NCBI RefSeq assembly: GCF_009914755.1
Contig: NC_060926.1
DNA length: 64,000 nt
Strand: one strand, 5' to 3'
Source: the human T2T-CHM13v2.0 reference genome, Homo sapiens
Of this stretch, positions 30,924 through 51,867 are shown piece by piece (positions within the stretch are counted from its first letter, which is position 1; each line of letters starts with the position of its first letter). The notes under the pieces were generated by a model. That model searched no databases and was not told where the DNA came from. It saw only the letters and a list, made by a program, of their open reading frames with translations. Position numbers and translations under genes: made by a program.

Positions 30924-32383
30924 CTAGAAGACAGTAATAAAATCTAATTAAATCAACGTACTTAATTACTAAGCACTAACTCTGTGGGCTAGGCACTGTG
31001 GAAACCTAACAATTCTTGCTTTCAACATTTTTAAATTCTAATAATTGGAGAGAAGACGAAAGGACACGAATAAATACAAGGCAAAAAGGCATGCTGGAAT
31101 ACAATGACTATATATGATCATATAAAGGTATTTCACCGGAAATCCTTAGTGAGCAGATGTTTTAATTTGTAGGAATTCCATAAAAGAAAAATGTTTCTTA
31201 ACAATTAGTGAAACAACTTACTTGTGAATGGTCTGTTTTTTTTAAAGGCAACCAACCCATAAAGTGAGACATAGCAATGTTTGTGCAGCATACTAATGTT
31301 CTAAGTAAGATTTTGGTATTTGACAATAAATGAATAAAAACCATGTATTTTTATTTTAACCATTACAACAATACAATTGCAGATACTTGTGTATTTGTTC
31401 AATTAGATTAAGAAATTAAAAAGAAAAAAATACAATAAAAGGGGTAGGCATCCCATGACACTGATTTCCAATGTGGTACATAAAACAATAGTAGCGCTCC
31501 AACTGTGCAGCACAGTTGCCTGTTCTTTCTATTCTCTCTCTTTCCCTCCTTTCTTTCTCAGTTTCTCTGGTCCTCCTATTTACTTTTAGCCTCAATCAGT
31601 TGTGATGGTGACCAGAAAGCTCTAGAGGTAATTATCTCTACTTTAGACTAACTTTTGTCCACTTCTCTGGTCAAAAGAAGTGACTTCTTATCTTTAGGTC
31701 CTGGCTTATTATATTTTTAAAAAATAGCTATCCTATGACTAGGTAGGTGTTTAGTAAAACATGTGACCTCAAACCACTAAGTTAGCTGTGAATAACTGAG
31801 TTAGGTGAAGAAGGTGTCTTCTTAGTCTCATTACGAGAATTTCAATTACTTCTCCCATATCAAAGGGCTCACCCCTTCTGCATTTACACAGTAGTACCCT
31901 GTGAAAACACTGTTAATGGAATGATTACATTTCTTTCACTCTAAAGAATGATATTTAAATAATCTTGAATTTCTGCAGATCAGATAAAAACATTCATGTA
32001 AACTGGTCATATTTAAGTAACATTATTTTATAACTTACATTCAAAGTTACAAATCAATAGTTTCTCATAAAACAATAAAACCATTTCAAAGGTCTTTATA
32101 ATTTATTAGATTACTTACTCATTTTCAAGATGTCTACATTTAAACTACAGAAAAAGACTTGCATTTTTTTCACATTATGTGGTTTAGTGAAACGTCTGGT
32201 TCATCCAATCAAAACAAATGGCATAATCTTCTGCTTTCAAAAGCCTAGTGACCTATTTAGCAAAAAGCTGTTTCACTGTTACTGACAAATGTACAGAGAT
32301 GTATTTCACTTAGAATATATTCTATAAGAGGGTCACTGAATACATTTTATTGCCGCTTGCCTCTTAGCTAGTTCAACTAAACC

Positions 32384-32615
32384 TGGCTCACTGCAACCTC
32401 CACCTCCTGGGTTCAAGTGATTCTCCTGCCTCAGCTTCCTGAGTAGCTAGGATTATAGGTGCCCGTCACCATGCCCAGCTAATTTTTGTATTTTTAGTAG
32501 AGACCGGGTTTCACCATGTTGGCCAGGCTGGTCTTGAACCCCTGACCCCAGGCGATCTGCTCATCACGGCCTCCCAAAGTGCTGGGATTACAGGTGTGAG
32601 CCACGACGCCTGGCC
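32384..32615 (-). mobile_element. AluS, 3'-truncated
   Basis: Alu similarity; no tail. Confidence 0.9.
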
Positions 32616-34820
32616 TAAACTCACTTCAACATCTTGCTAAATGGAAATTAAACTTATGAACTGGTTGTCATAGATTATTTAATATGAATAGAAATTTCAC
32701 CATTATGTTTTTAAAAAACTGTACTTCTTCACTTCCTGATTGTACAAACAACTATGTTAATGTGTAACATTTATGGGGAAAACGGATCTGTCATATATAA
32801 GAAAAATGATTTTTTTCTCATTAGTTTCTTCAAGGCACTTGCTAATAGGAAGACGGCACCTACTTGATTAGACAGTGAACAGTTATTCACATGACAATTC
32901 TAATACATCCTAATTTCCACCTAGGATTTACATACTGGAGAATATTTTCTAGAAGATTCTAGCTTTTAAATGGTTTAATTTGAAAACCACCAATCACAGG
33001 GGTAGATGGGAAAAGAATTAAACAAAAAGGAATTACTAAATATAAGATGTTCTTTAAAAGTAAATAACAAGAAAGAAAAACAAATATTTCAAAATACATC
33101 TTCAACTATTTTGATTATGTATCTTACTAGCAAGAATACCCATTACTGCAAACAATCACATTGTGCGAGCGAATTCAGACTAGCTATCTCTGCTGGTTGG
33201 AACAAGACAAACGGGTAAGATTAGTATCCTGTAAACTCTCTGACTTTGCTCAGAGGAAAATAATGTCCTCAGGCCCAGGTTAGTCAGTTAATTTAGCAGA
33301 GGAAGAGTACTAAGCAGACTGCATCAGAGTCTGAGAAACTTTTTGTACCTACTGCTGGGTTGTCTTTCTACATTTCTTCCTCCTTCAAAAAGCATTATCA
33401 TTACATGAGAGAACAACACAATATAGTTAAAATAAGAAATGGTAATGGTATTTTTTCTTCTCCTGATCAAAACAAGACACTCTTGCGTAGAACACATCTA
33501 AAGAGAAACAAAATCGGTTTTTTATAGACTCATTTTAAAACTGTTTCCCCATTACATATTGATTACTACAACTGACTTCTACACGTGTGTAAGAATTTGA
33601 CGGTTAAGGTAAAAATCAACAATGATCCAACTTATCAGTAAGATTACAGAATGTATATAACAAAAGAAAAGTATGTTTAATAGGGTAATTATATATTAAA
33701 TCTATCTCAAATTAAATGCTTCTAAACTATAGTACATAAAATGAATGCAACATATGTTAATTTCAATGCAAATATATAACAACCTTATTTTCAACTGACA
33801 AGGAATGTACAAATACCTTATATATTTAATTTATCATTACTATACTTACCCTTACCTTAAGATACCTAAATGAACAGGAAAAAGGCCTTCTTTATCATTT
33901 AAGTTATAAACCATACTAATAATATTAGTTTCCTTAATGTTTAAATCTAAAAATTGTTTTGGGTCAGACAAATATTTTAATGATTCCATAATATGTAAAA
34001 AAAATAATACTTCCTCCTCACTCATTAAACAAATATTTATTATATGCCTCCTAGTACTGGGCTAGGTGTTAGATGATAACGGTGATTACAGAGGGCATGA
34101 GGTAGAAGATAAACTAAACAGAAAGCAGAAAACTAATTTTTCTACACTTAAAAAAATTAATTTTAGAAAAGCAAAACGAAAAACCCAGTCCTTGAACTTT
34201 AGTTCTAAAAAAGCTTGACATTCCTTATATTAAAATAGTACTTTTAAATTCTATAGCAAACTTCCCAAAAGTATGGTTATTAAAATTAAAACACTGCTAT
34301 TCTGTATTATGTGAAAGATCTGAAATAAAGGGAAAAACAATATTCTGCATTTATAGAATTCCTTTCCCTGAGGTCCTCATAGCACTAAAAAGCAAAATTA
34401 TATCTTTTGTGGAGAAGAGAGGCAGGTACATGGAGAGAAGTAAGGGTGTTGAGAGAAAGAATTTCGATAGGAGACAAAAATTCAAACAAACCCAAACTTT
34501 ATACAGCAATCTTTAATAGTACTTAGCGCCTTACAATCCTCACAACAAATTACTTCCATGTTGTATTAGACTTGTAGCTTTTAAAAATACCTATTTAAGT
34601 TATCATCTTAGTTAAGATACCCACTATATCTTTTGCTTTTAATGGCTGTAGAGAATTCCTGTTCATTTATGGTTTATCAGGTTACAGAGATACTACTGTG
34701 AAGCTGGACTAGGGGTCAGGAGAGATAGTAGAAAAGGCAGTGGGAAAGACATTTCTAAAATGATACCTGATTTAATTCCAAAGGGAACTATTATTTTAAA
34801 AAATCAGATTTATGTAGAAC

Positions 34821-35319
<499 letters not shown>

Positions 35320-36396
35320 AGAATTATGTAGAATTTCTAATTGAACAAAAGGAATATCTGTGAGAAAGAATCCAAGCTGTCTGCAATTGCTATTATATTA
35401 CATATAATAACAACTGCAACAGGGGGATTCCAGCTGTATGTGTTCAGGTTAACTGTGTCAAGACATTCCAACACATATTCATTCATTCTAACGTATGACA
35501 AAAACGCTAGCAGATCAAGTATGTATGTCCTATGGAGGGACCCTGTGATACATAGCAGTGCTGAGCATCCTTAAAATGTTTTTCTAACTGATGCATTGGT
35601 CTTGAGGTCAACAGTTATGACATCCCTGAGGACACCTCCCCTTGACTATTTCAAAATGTCCAGATCTACTTTCAAAGAACTCCTATAGCTGTGGTGATCA
35701 AACACCTATCATTCTCATGGCAGCCCCGAGTCCCCAATTTTCTGCCCACTGCTGACACAAACCAGCATTTCTTAAACTTGTCTTTTGCCTTCTACTATCA
35801 TTTCTGTCATACTGGGTATCTCTTGTACTAGTACTTAATATTTTCCTTTAAATCACATTTTAAAACTTAACTAACTCTAAGCAATAATATCCATGAAAAC
35901 ATGGATTTTATTTGCTGGTTATATTGTATAGCTATTAAAATAAAAAATGTTCATCTGTTTAACACCCAGAAATCACTGTGTACCTTCAGTGGTAAAGGTA
36001 CCATACTTGGGAAAACACTGCAAAACCACTGAAATGTCATGTAAGTTTCAATATATTGGCATTAAAACTATATTGCCAGGATAATCTCTTATACTACAAA
36101 ATTACGAAACTTCTCTTAAAGAGTTGAGATTTTAATTTTTAGTTTGGAAAATATGTATTGAAAGTAATGAGCTAGGCAATGTGTTAGAAGATGGGCTATT
36201 GATATTATCTAATTTTTCTTTGTTTAAGCGTTTTGTGGCTTTGTTAATAGAAAGTTTCAGGGAGATATGGCAAATAGGCTTATTTCCAATCAGTTAGTGG
36301 AGGCTGCCCTGAGTGCTGTGTGGCTACTTTAAGCTCATCAAGAATATTATGTATATGGTATGTTGTGCCTGACTGGGGGCATTTGCCATGAATGTA

Positions 36397-36482
36397 ATTC
36401 TTTTCTCTTGGACAGACTGGTAACTTAAGTCAAGGCAAGTACATGAGTTAAGGGGCTAACAGTCTGTCCAAGAGAAAAGAAT
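36397..36482. repeat. Inverted repeat with perfect 23-bp arms and a 40-nt partly pairing spacer
   Basis: attcttttctcttggacagactg / cagtctgtccaagagaaaagaat. Confidence 0.95.
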
Positions 36483-37655
36483 GGTGAAGACAAAGGTGAC
36501 AAATTTCAAAACAAAAATATGTAATTGATAAGATGAAACCACACCATAATAGCAGATACTTTTCATTCATTAACCCACAGGGTCAAAGTAGGGTTCATTA
36601 GTGAACTATAAAATATATGCTCAGATAGCTATTTTCTTAATCCCTGCATGCCAAAATAGACCTAAACATTCAGGAAAAAAAGTTACAGAATTACATAGTA
36701 GGGGCTATTTGATAGTGTGATTTCAGAGGTAGCATTGAGGATAATGTGGTGTATTAGCAAACAAAGAGAACTTTAGGAATGCCATGGGGTCTCAAGGGTT
36801 AGGATGCCCATGAGTCCTGAATTGTCTATCCCCTTGGCATGTGAAACCAAGTGGCAAAAAAGAGCTGATGATTCACCTTTAAAGATGGCTCAGTTTCTAT
36901 GCTTACCTGGCAACCCAAGGGAGGGCATCCCTATTAAGGAGACCTCACACTACTAGTCTTATCTCCCCAACAAAATGATGTGTTCTTTGAAGATGACCAA
37001 TACATATTCCACAGTATAAGAAACCTGTAATACGAACATAATAAATATTTTGTAGACTAGCTATAGTACAGGGGGTCTAGATAAAGAAATAAAAGAAATA
37101 GACTAATTTTGAACCAACGAATCCATTTGTATTTGGGAAAAGTACTTAAACAATGATTCTCAAGAGGGAAGACTAACATTTACTCCTAGGACAACCTTCA
37201 CCTGTACCTAAGAGTGAGGTGAAATAAAGGGGACAATTCTGATCTAAAGGGAACTCTCCTGAATAGATTCTGAGAAAACCCTCCTAACAACCTGCTAACC
37301 TATGAGGATGAAGCTAATTTGCCGTGCCAATCTGGAATATGAGTTATGTGAGTGCTATGTATGAAAAGGGTGCCAAAGACATTTTAATTCACTTTTCTAG
37401 GAATGAAAATTGCTTTAACCTTCTTGGGGGCTGGAAGGTGAAGTATTTTTAATCAGGGCACCTGCCTGTAAAGTTCAGAGAGAAAACCATTCATATACGA
37501 GAAAAAAGTCAGGCTACACTAGAACCTGACGGAGGATATATCTTAGAACGTTTGTATTATAGAAGAAGAATGGCAATTTTGCCTTTTATTTCCAAATTCT
37601 TTAGCCCTTGACTTTGCTGAGAGTCTATGAAAGAGCTAGTTGGGGACTAAATTAG

Positions 37656-37962
<307 letters not shown>

Positions 37963-39207
37963 AAGACAGTAGTTTAGAAGGAAACGAAGGTGCTTAAAAA
38001 CTTAAAGTTACTAATGTACACAACATCTCCCAAAATGTAAAGTCAAAGTAAGAGTTAAGCATGTGAACGCTTGCAAGGGCCAAATAACATGAATGAATGA
38101 AATGAATGATATTTGCTGGGTGGTGCAGGGCAAAGCAAAAGACAGTGTAAGAATCCTGTATATGTCCTATCTAGCATGCTAGCTCATGTTCCAGATTCTC
38201 CTCTTTTTAAGAAGTGCCATCCAGATTTTAATGTGAAAACCCATTTTTCAATGGTGGCAATGAATTTAAACAAAACAATACAACCCAAAACCCAAAAACT
38301 CCTCAGGTCAAATTCTAGAGGCACAAACCAATAATAACTTGTGTGAACAACTAGCAAGGGCAAATAAATAAAGAATGATGTCTCACTCCTGTGGCCAACA
38401 TACATGAAAAACCTGAGGTTTCTAGGTAGTATCAAGAGGACTTTGGATTACTGCTTGCTTTTCATATACAAATTAAAATGGAAAAGGTAGAAGACAAAAA
38501 GCAAATAATTAGGAATAACATGAGTATATAATAAGGGTAGACTCACATGATGGTAGAATAGCCAAGAAGAACTCTTAAGGTGACAAAAAATTTGAGCTTG
38601 AGTAGAATATTTAAGTAAAAAAGGAAGATGTGGTCAAAATATTAAGAAAGATGCAATGGTTTTACTACAACAATGATGAAACCACTAAACTCTCTTTCAC
38701 TTGCAACCAAACCAGAAAGGGAAACAGAAGACCCATGAGACTACTGCATAAACCACCAGAGCCAACTGCTTCTATATTTTTAATTTGGTGCTCCAATCAA
38801 ATTCAAAGGATTGAAGCATTAATTACTCATCTCCACCTGGTTGATCTCAAATGTGCATGTAATTTTTTTCATAACTTTGTAGTGATATTAAAGGTTATGT
38901 TTCTACTTGCTGAATAACTTGTCTAAAAAAGATATCACCTGGAAGCAAGATCATTTACTGGCTTCAAATTCATTTGTCATTTTAAAACAAAGAAAGTCAA
39001 TATCCTGTTAACTAGTATTTAACCGCTCCTGTTGCCTGCAATTCTTTTTAGGGGAAGGGTCAGTCAGAAAAGGAAATTGTTTCCTGTATTATCATACTTA
39101 CAGTCAGGCAAATACCATTTAGCTTTATAAGCCTGAGACAGGTATGGTATCCCTGCCCCTCTCTAATGCGGCATAATTGCTTCACTTAATAAATAAATGA
39201 GGCATAC

Positions 39208-39267
39208 CCTAAGATCAATGACTCTGTTGTCTAATCTTGTATCCTGGTTAACAGTAGCTCTTCCTTC
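39208..39267 (-). CDS. DARS1: DARS1 exon 7 (60 nt), EGRATVNQDTRLDNRVIDLR
   Basis: Translation; long T-rich acceptor; GTATGC donor; phase 0-0. Confidence 0.97.
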
Positions 39268-39627
39268 CTAAAAAAAAAAAAAAGAAAAGAAAAAAATAAA
39301 TTTTACTAATATTTTGAAGAGCACAAAAAATACTTTTAGAAGCCATGTTTACTTTTAATTGAGTAGGATGTGTGTACGTTAATATTATGCCCGAAAATCA
39401 GATAATGGTAGAAACACAAAGTGCGGCCAGAGAGAAGTTAGCGTTAAAAGAGAGATGGAAAGAAGACAAAGAATGAACAGATATTAATGGTTCTTTCCCT
39501 CCTCCACCCCTCAAAGCCTTGCCTCATTATTGGGATATAAGAAAAATTAACCACCCACTTCTTCATTGATTCCTGGATTTAACCTGCTAGCCCAAGGTTG
39601 AAGGAACAGATAAAAGCTGACATAGAG

Positions 39628-40201
39628 TAGTGGTTCTGAAAATGTGGTCTGGGGAGCAGTGAAGGTCCCTGAGACTTTCCAGAAGTTGATGAAGTCAAAC
39701 TTACTTTTTCATAATAATACTTTTTGTTTTTCACTCTTCATGAGTATACTGAGCAGTCTGCTAAAGATTCTATGATGTGTATTATCACAATAGAATGAAT
39801 GCAGAGGCAATATGAGAATCTAGTTGTCTATTAAGCCAGAAATCACAAAGAATTGTGGTTATATAAACAGAATGTCATCCGAAGGATGAGGGAGCTGAGT
39901 GGTTAAGGCAATGGACTGCTAAATACAATGTCACTCTTAACAATAATTATTTTTTGCTTTGGACAACTGTAATTTTTTCATAAAATGTTATTAGCTTCAT
40001 TATTTACATAATACTACATATGCAAACATGTATGCAATGTATATATAATTTTTAATAAAGTAATAAATATTTAAAAATGTTTTAATTCCCAATACTGTAA
40101 ATATTGATATATATACCAATAAAAACAAAAGCTTGTAGGGTTCTTAATTATTTTTAATAATGTAAAAGGCAACTCGATACCAAAAGGTTTGAGAATTGCT
40201 G
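39628..40201. mobile_element. hAT-Charlie-type DNA transposon fossil
   Basis: tagtggttctgaaa...tttgagaattgctg TIR-like ends. Confidence 0.55.
39885..39922 (+). pseudogene. tRNA-Ser(GCT) 5'-half pseudogene
   Basis: 33/38 match to recalled GACGAGGTGGCCGAGTGGTTAAGGCGATGGACTGCTAA; three of five differences are CpG decay. Confidence 0.8.
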
Positions 40202-40267
40202 ATTTTAAGAGTAAGTTTAAATAACAATGGAGCTCAAAATCAATTCACAGACACCCTTAGTACATCA

Positions 40268-40471
<204 letters not shown>

Positions 40472-40762
40472 TTAAAAAACAATCTACAGTTGACTTAAGC
40501 ATGAAGCAATGTTTGCATACATCTTTAATTGAAACTACTTGCTGAAATCAAACAAGATGATACAGGTTTTTTCACCTTGATGATTTGTTTAAAATGGGGA
40601 TAATAATATTTTTTGCCTACCTCTATGGTTGTTAGAACAGTCAAATAAGGTAACATATATAAAAATTATTTGTAAATTCTAAGATGCCTACCAATGTAAT
40701 AAGTAATGACTGGGGTGTAGGCACTGGCTTACGGTCTAGCTATGTCAAAAAAGCTATGGTTA

Positions 40763-41088
<326 letters not shown>

Positions 41089-41171
41089 CTATTGTTAGGG
41101 AAATCACTTAATCTCAGAGCTTCAATTAAAATAAAGCCTGCTATAAGAATCAAACAGAATAATAAATGTGA

Positions 41172-41512
<341 letters not shown>

Positions 41513-41738
41513 ATCTTGTTATTTTTAACAGCATTTGGCCAGCGCCACTGCCACTGCCACCACTAGGACCAAATTCAGTCCAGCTCTGCTGCACTTCTTT
41601 TCTCATTCTTTCTCCTTTCAAGTACCCCTTCATTGCTCTCTCTCATTAAACATGTTACAAACATCTCATTTCCTGCCAGTCTCCTGGTTAGGAAATGCCC
41701 TAGAGGATGTTCCTTTATGTTGTCAAAATCCCTCAATA

Positions 41739-42068
<330 letters not shown>

Positions 42069-42820
42069 TCACACTAATTTCACATTTTAGTGATAAAAAG
42101 CAACTGGGTCATAAAGACTGAACTAGAGTTTTTTGCTTTTTGTTTTTCTGGCTACCTTTAAAAACCATTTTATCATATTAGTTAACCCAAACTATGTCTG
42201 GAAAACCTGCTAAAGCACAAACGGGAAAAATACCTTATTTAGTTACTTCAGGAAAGGGAATTATACTCTTCTAGTTGGCAGATCAATATTGGCATTCAGC
42301 TTAGATACTCCAAGAAATAGTGTAGGATACTCTAGTATTCCTTATTATAAAATAGAACTATTTGTCACCACTCCCTAAACCCAAATTCTAGGATTCCCTT
42401 TGACAAGTTAACAGAAACTTCATCTCCAATCCAAACTGGAGAGCTGAAGAGCTGCTACTTCTACTTTTATAACTAGTGGGAATTCATCATCCTCTTTACT
42501 AGACCATGAGTACTCTGACCCCAGAGTCTTCACATAGTGCTTGGCACAAAGCACCTATCAACAGTAACTGCTGGCTGAATAAATAAATAAGTGATAAAGC
42601 AAAGTCACTACTTATATAAGATTCTACTTAGTAGGTAATACTTCATGCTTTGTGAAATACTTTATTTTTATTATGGCAAATTCTGTAAGCTCTTCTGGCT
42701 TAAAATTTATTACTAATATTTATTAATGTTGCATTGCACACATCTAGACAATAAGAATATCTTAAAACTACATTTGCTTCTAGTAAAAAAACAGAAATAT
42801 ATATATACACACACATACAC

Positions 42821-42984
42821 TTTTTTTTTTTAGTTTTGAGACAGGGTCTTGCTCTGTCACCCAGGCTAGAGCGCAGTGGTGTGATCACAGCTCACTGTAA
42901 CCTCCAACTCCTGGGGTCAAGTGATCCTCCCACCCTGGCCTCCCAAAGCACTGGGATTGCAGGTGTGAGCCACCACATCTGGCC
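42821..42984 (-). mobile_element. Monomer-length recombined AluJ
   Basis: Right-arm 3' part joined to left-arm 5' part. Confidence 0.8.
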
Positions 42985-43516
42985 AAATTTTCTTTATTCA
43001 AGTACTGAAAAAGATGTGTTACTTGGAAGATGTGGGAGTTATCTTTCTTGGTCAACATAAATGGGTTTATTCATTTATCTTTATTCTTACTCTTTGGTCA
43101 GTTTGTCTTTACTAGGTTACAAACTTCCTGGTGGGGTTGTTTCAAGATGAGACTTACACAAAGACAACAAAGTCATTTGTCAAATTAGGTCAGTAAAAAT
43201 TACAAGGTTTTGTAAGTCTTGAAGAGTTCCAAGAAAACAGATTCCAGCTAAATACAATGTTACTCTTAAATCAGTAAGTACATATAGGCCTATCTCTGAA
43301 TCTGTCTGCCTGTTGGTCTGCCTGACTCTTACATATGGTCATGCATGTGCACACGGATCAGGGCGGGAAGAGGCCATGCTGTCTTAAAGACTACTCCTTA
43401 AGAGAAATTTAGTGATGTATATTGTAGATACAATCTAGACCTAAATCTGAGCACTGTAGGTTCAAACTGGCAGGGTTATTTCAATAGTACTAAATATGTG
43501 TGAATTCACTTATGGT

Positions 43517-43752
43517 TTTTTTTTGTTGTTGAGATGGGGTCTCACTTAGTCACGCAGGTTGGAGTGCAGTGGTGCGATCTTGGCTCACTGCAACCTCTGT
43601 CTCCTGGGTTCAAGCAATTCTCTTGCCTCAGCCTCCTGAGTAGCTGGGATTGCATGCACCTGCCACCACGCCTGGCTAATTTTTGTATTTTTAGTAGAAA
43701 CAAGGTTTCGCCATGTTGATCAGGCTGGTTTTGAACTCCTGACCTCAAGTGA
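43517..43752 (-). mobile_element. 5'-truncated AluS
   Basis: TSD cacttatggt. Confidence 0.92.
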
Positions 43753-43981
43753 CACTTATGGTATTTTAAGTCAATGATAATGAGCTCTTTCAGTTTTTAA
43801 TCCTGAGAAAAAAACAGATCAGAGATAAGTCTTCTTTAAAAAAAAAGGAAGCTACTGTTGGAATATAAGACCAATAAGGTACTATTTATTTTGACTTCTC
43901 TATGTTGTAAAAAATATCAGAAAAGTAATTATTATAAGACTAAGAATTAGTTAATTAATCATTCTTTAAAAGTACATCATC

Positions 43982-49120
<5,139 letters not shown>

Positions 49121-49224
49121 TAAAAGTACATCATCAAAAAACTTATAGCAAGATAGGTCCATTATTATTCACTTATATTGGTGAGTAGTTTTTCAGATGT
49201 GTTTTGTATTTTTCCCTATGTGGC

Positions 49225-49680
49225 TGTGGTAGACTGTTTGCAAAAATGGCTGCAATACTTCCTCTTGCTCCTGCATGTATATTCCCCTGCAATCATGTTG
49301 CTTTTCCTCCCATCAAGGGCTAGAATCTATTTCTCTACCCCTTAAATCTAAGTTTTGCTGTGTGACTTTGACGAGTGGAATATTTAGCAGATGTGACACA
49401 AGTAGAAGCTTGAAAAGTGTCTGTTCTTAGGGTTTCGCACTCTTGCCTTTGGGAACCCTCCTGGTACCTGAATATCAACATATCTGGGCTAGCCTGCTGG
49501 ATGAGAGGAAGCCACAGAAAGAGATGTGCCAGATTTATCAGTGAGCCCAGCCAATGTTGCATGGAGCAGATGAGCCATCTCAGTTGGGTGCATCACAGAA
49601 TTGTAAGCAAATAAATGTTTGTTGTTTCAAGTCACTAAGTACTGGGGTGATTTGTTATATAACAAAAGCTAATTGATTCA
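49225..49680 (+). mobile_element. MLT1-family MaLR LTR
   Basis: tgtggtagac start; aataaatgtttgttgtttcaagtcactaag...aactaa-type end. Confidence 0.7.
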
Positions 49681-49783
49681 GTAACTAATTTATAAACCTC
49701 AGTATTTTACATTAATTAGTAAGAACATATAAATTTGACATGAAAACTATTAGAACCCAAATCTATTTCTATATGCGATTTTA

Positions 49784-49933
<150 letters not shown>

Positions 49934-51555
49934 TCATCTCATCAGAGGTGTCAGAACTCCTCTGGTGTTTCAGCAGTAAAGCTGAATATGTTAAACTCTT
50001 TTTTAATACAGTAAGCCACTTGAGATAAAGCCAGTCTATTTAACCTACTTAGAATAAGCTATTACGTAGCATACCTTGTGAGATTCCTTGAAGAGATGAT
50101 TTTTTAGATGCCATAATTTAGTTACCACTTATAAAATACTCTGGACATAAAAGGTAATAAAACCAGTACCGAATTGGGAAAAGTAGTAAAAAGTCTTTTA
50201 ATTATTTATTAAAGAACATTTCCCTCCCTATTTTTGAGAATCACTAAGATCAGCATTTCCTATAATGAGAAATACTGGCTTCAATAAATGCAATTACTGG
50301 TATGTGATGGAATTAAATAATAGAAGACGGTCAACTGAAAAGATTTTAAGGTAATAAGAGGACATTAGCGTGCTGTTTTGCAATTAAATCCTCACTACCT
50401 TTAGCTTCTGAGTATACTCCGTCATCAGATTTATGATTATTGGATTGTGTACTCCCATTTAAAAGGGTGCCTATATGAAGTTTAATATATGATGAGTGTA
50501 AAATAAATGCATCTCCTGGACAGCTTATTTTTATAATAACTTGAATTCTGAACACCAGACACTGAAATTCTAAAATACAAAATTTATAAAGTAGCTTATT
50601 AAACACAATGATTATTTTTTTAATCACTAGTACATAACCAAGGAAGAAAATGTATACTCCAAAATGGTGATTCCCATACAAAATGTACCAGTTTTACTTT
50701 TGTGTATATTCTTGTACTGACAAAGTATATCACAATATAGTTGATGAAAAGGATAAGATTTAATTTTCATGGAAAAATTCTATTCATTCTGATGAGGATT
50801 TGGGTCTTTAGTAGTTGTGGTGCAATTAGACATTCCAGAAACCAGACAGTACTTACTTTAAACAAGAGAACACCAGAATCCATTTCAATGAAAAAGGATC
50901 AAAATGAGGATAATAGGTGAAGAGTAGTTAAGAAAGAAAATTGTTTATGTCACTTGGCTACACTGCCTAGAAATCTTTATGTCTGTTACCAACTAACTTA
51001 AAAAAAAAAAATCAACAGCATGCATATCTCTTGTACTCTCGTAAGTCTCCTGCACTGGGGCTATCACCTAATACCTAGCTAAAATCTTGACTACTGAAGA
51101 AACTCAGAATTTATTATGGCAAAAGAAGTAGTTGGTGAACTAAGATAAGGCTCTTCTGAGGCTTGAAGGGATCAAGAGGCTCCAGTGGACTGTTACAAAG
51201 TTTTCTAATACTTGCAATCTAGTGTCACTGAACTGAATCTATCTTCAATTTGACTGCCACCTACCAGTAAATGTGATAACTGAGTGTATATTCAGGCCTG
51301 GTGAGAATTCTATTGCTTATCTCACACATCTTCACAAGGAAGGTTTTCTCCTCTGTATCGATCAATGTACTGCTTCATCAAGCAACCTGACCTGTCCCAA
51401 GTAGAGGTCCACTCTGCTACCTTTCTTCTATATCCCTGACCCCTTGGTCCCCTCGTCTCACAAACTTTGACTCCTATTAGAAGGCATTTGCTGGCCCTCT
51501 GCACCTTCCATTATCAGACAGTCTTCTTCAGGCCAACTCAAGTCAAACACATCTA

Positions 51556-51867
<312 letters not shown>

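Noticed and set aside
41545-41563. (GCCACT)n short repeat giving an ATATAT peptide in ORF 41535..41858
   Set aside because: About three units only; the ORF runs into an Alu.
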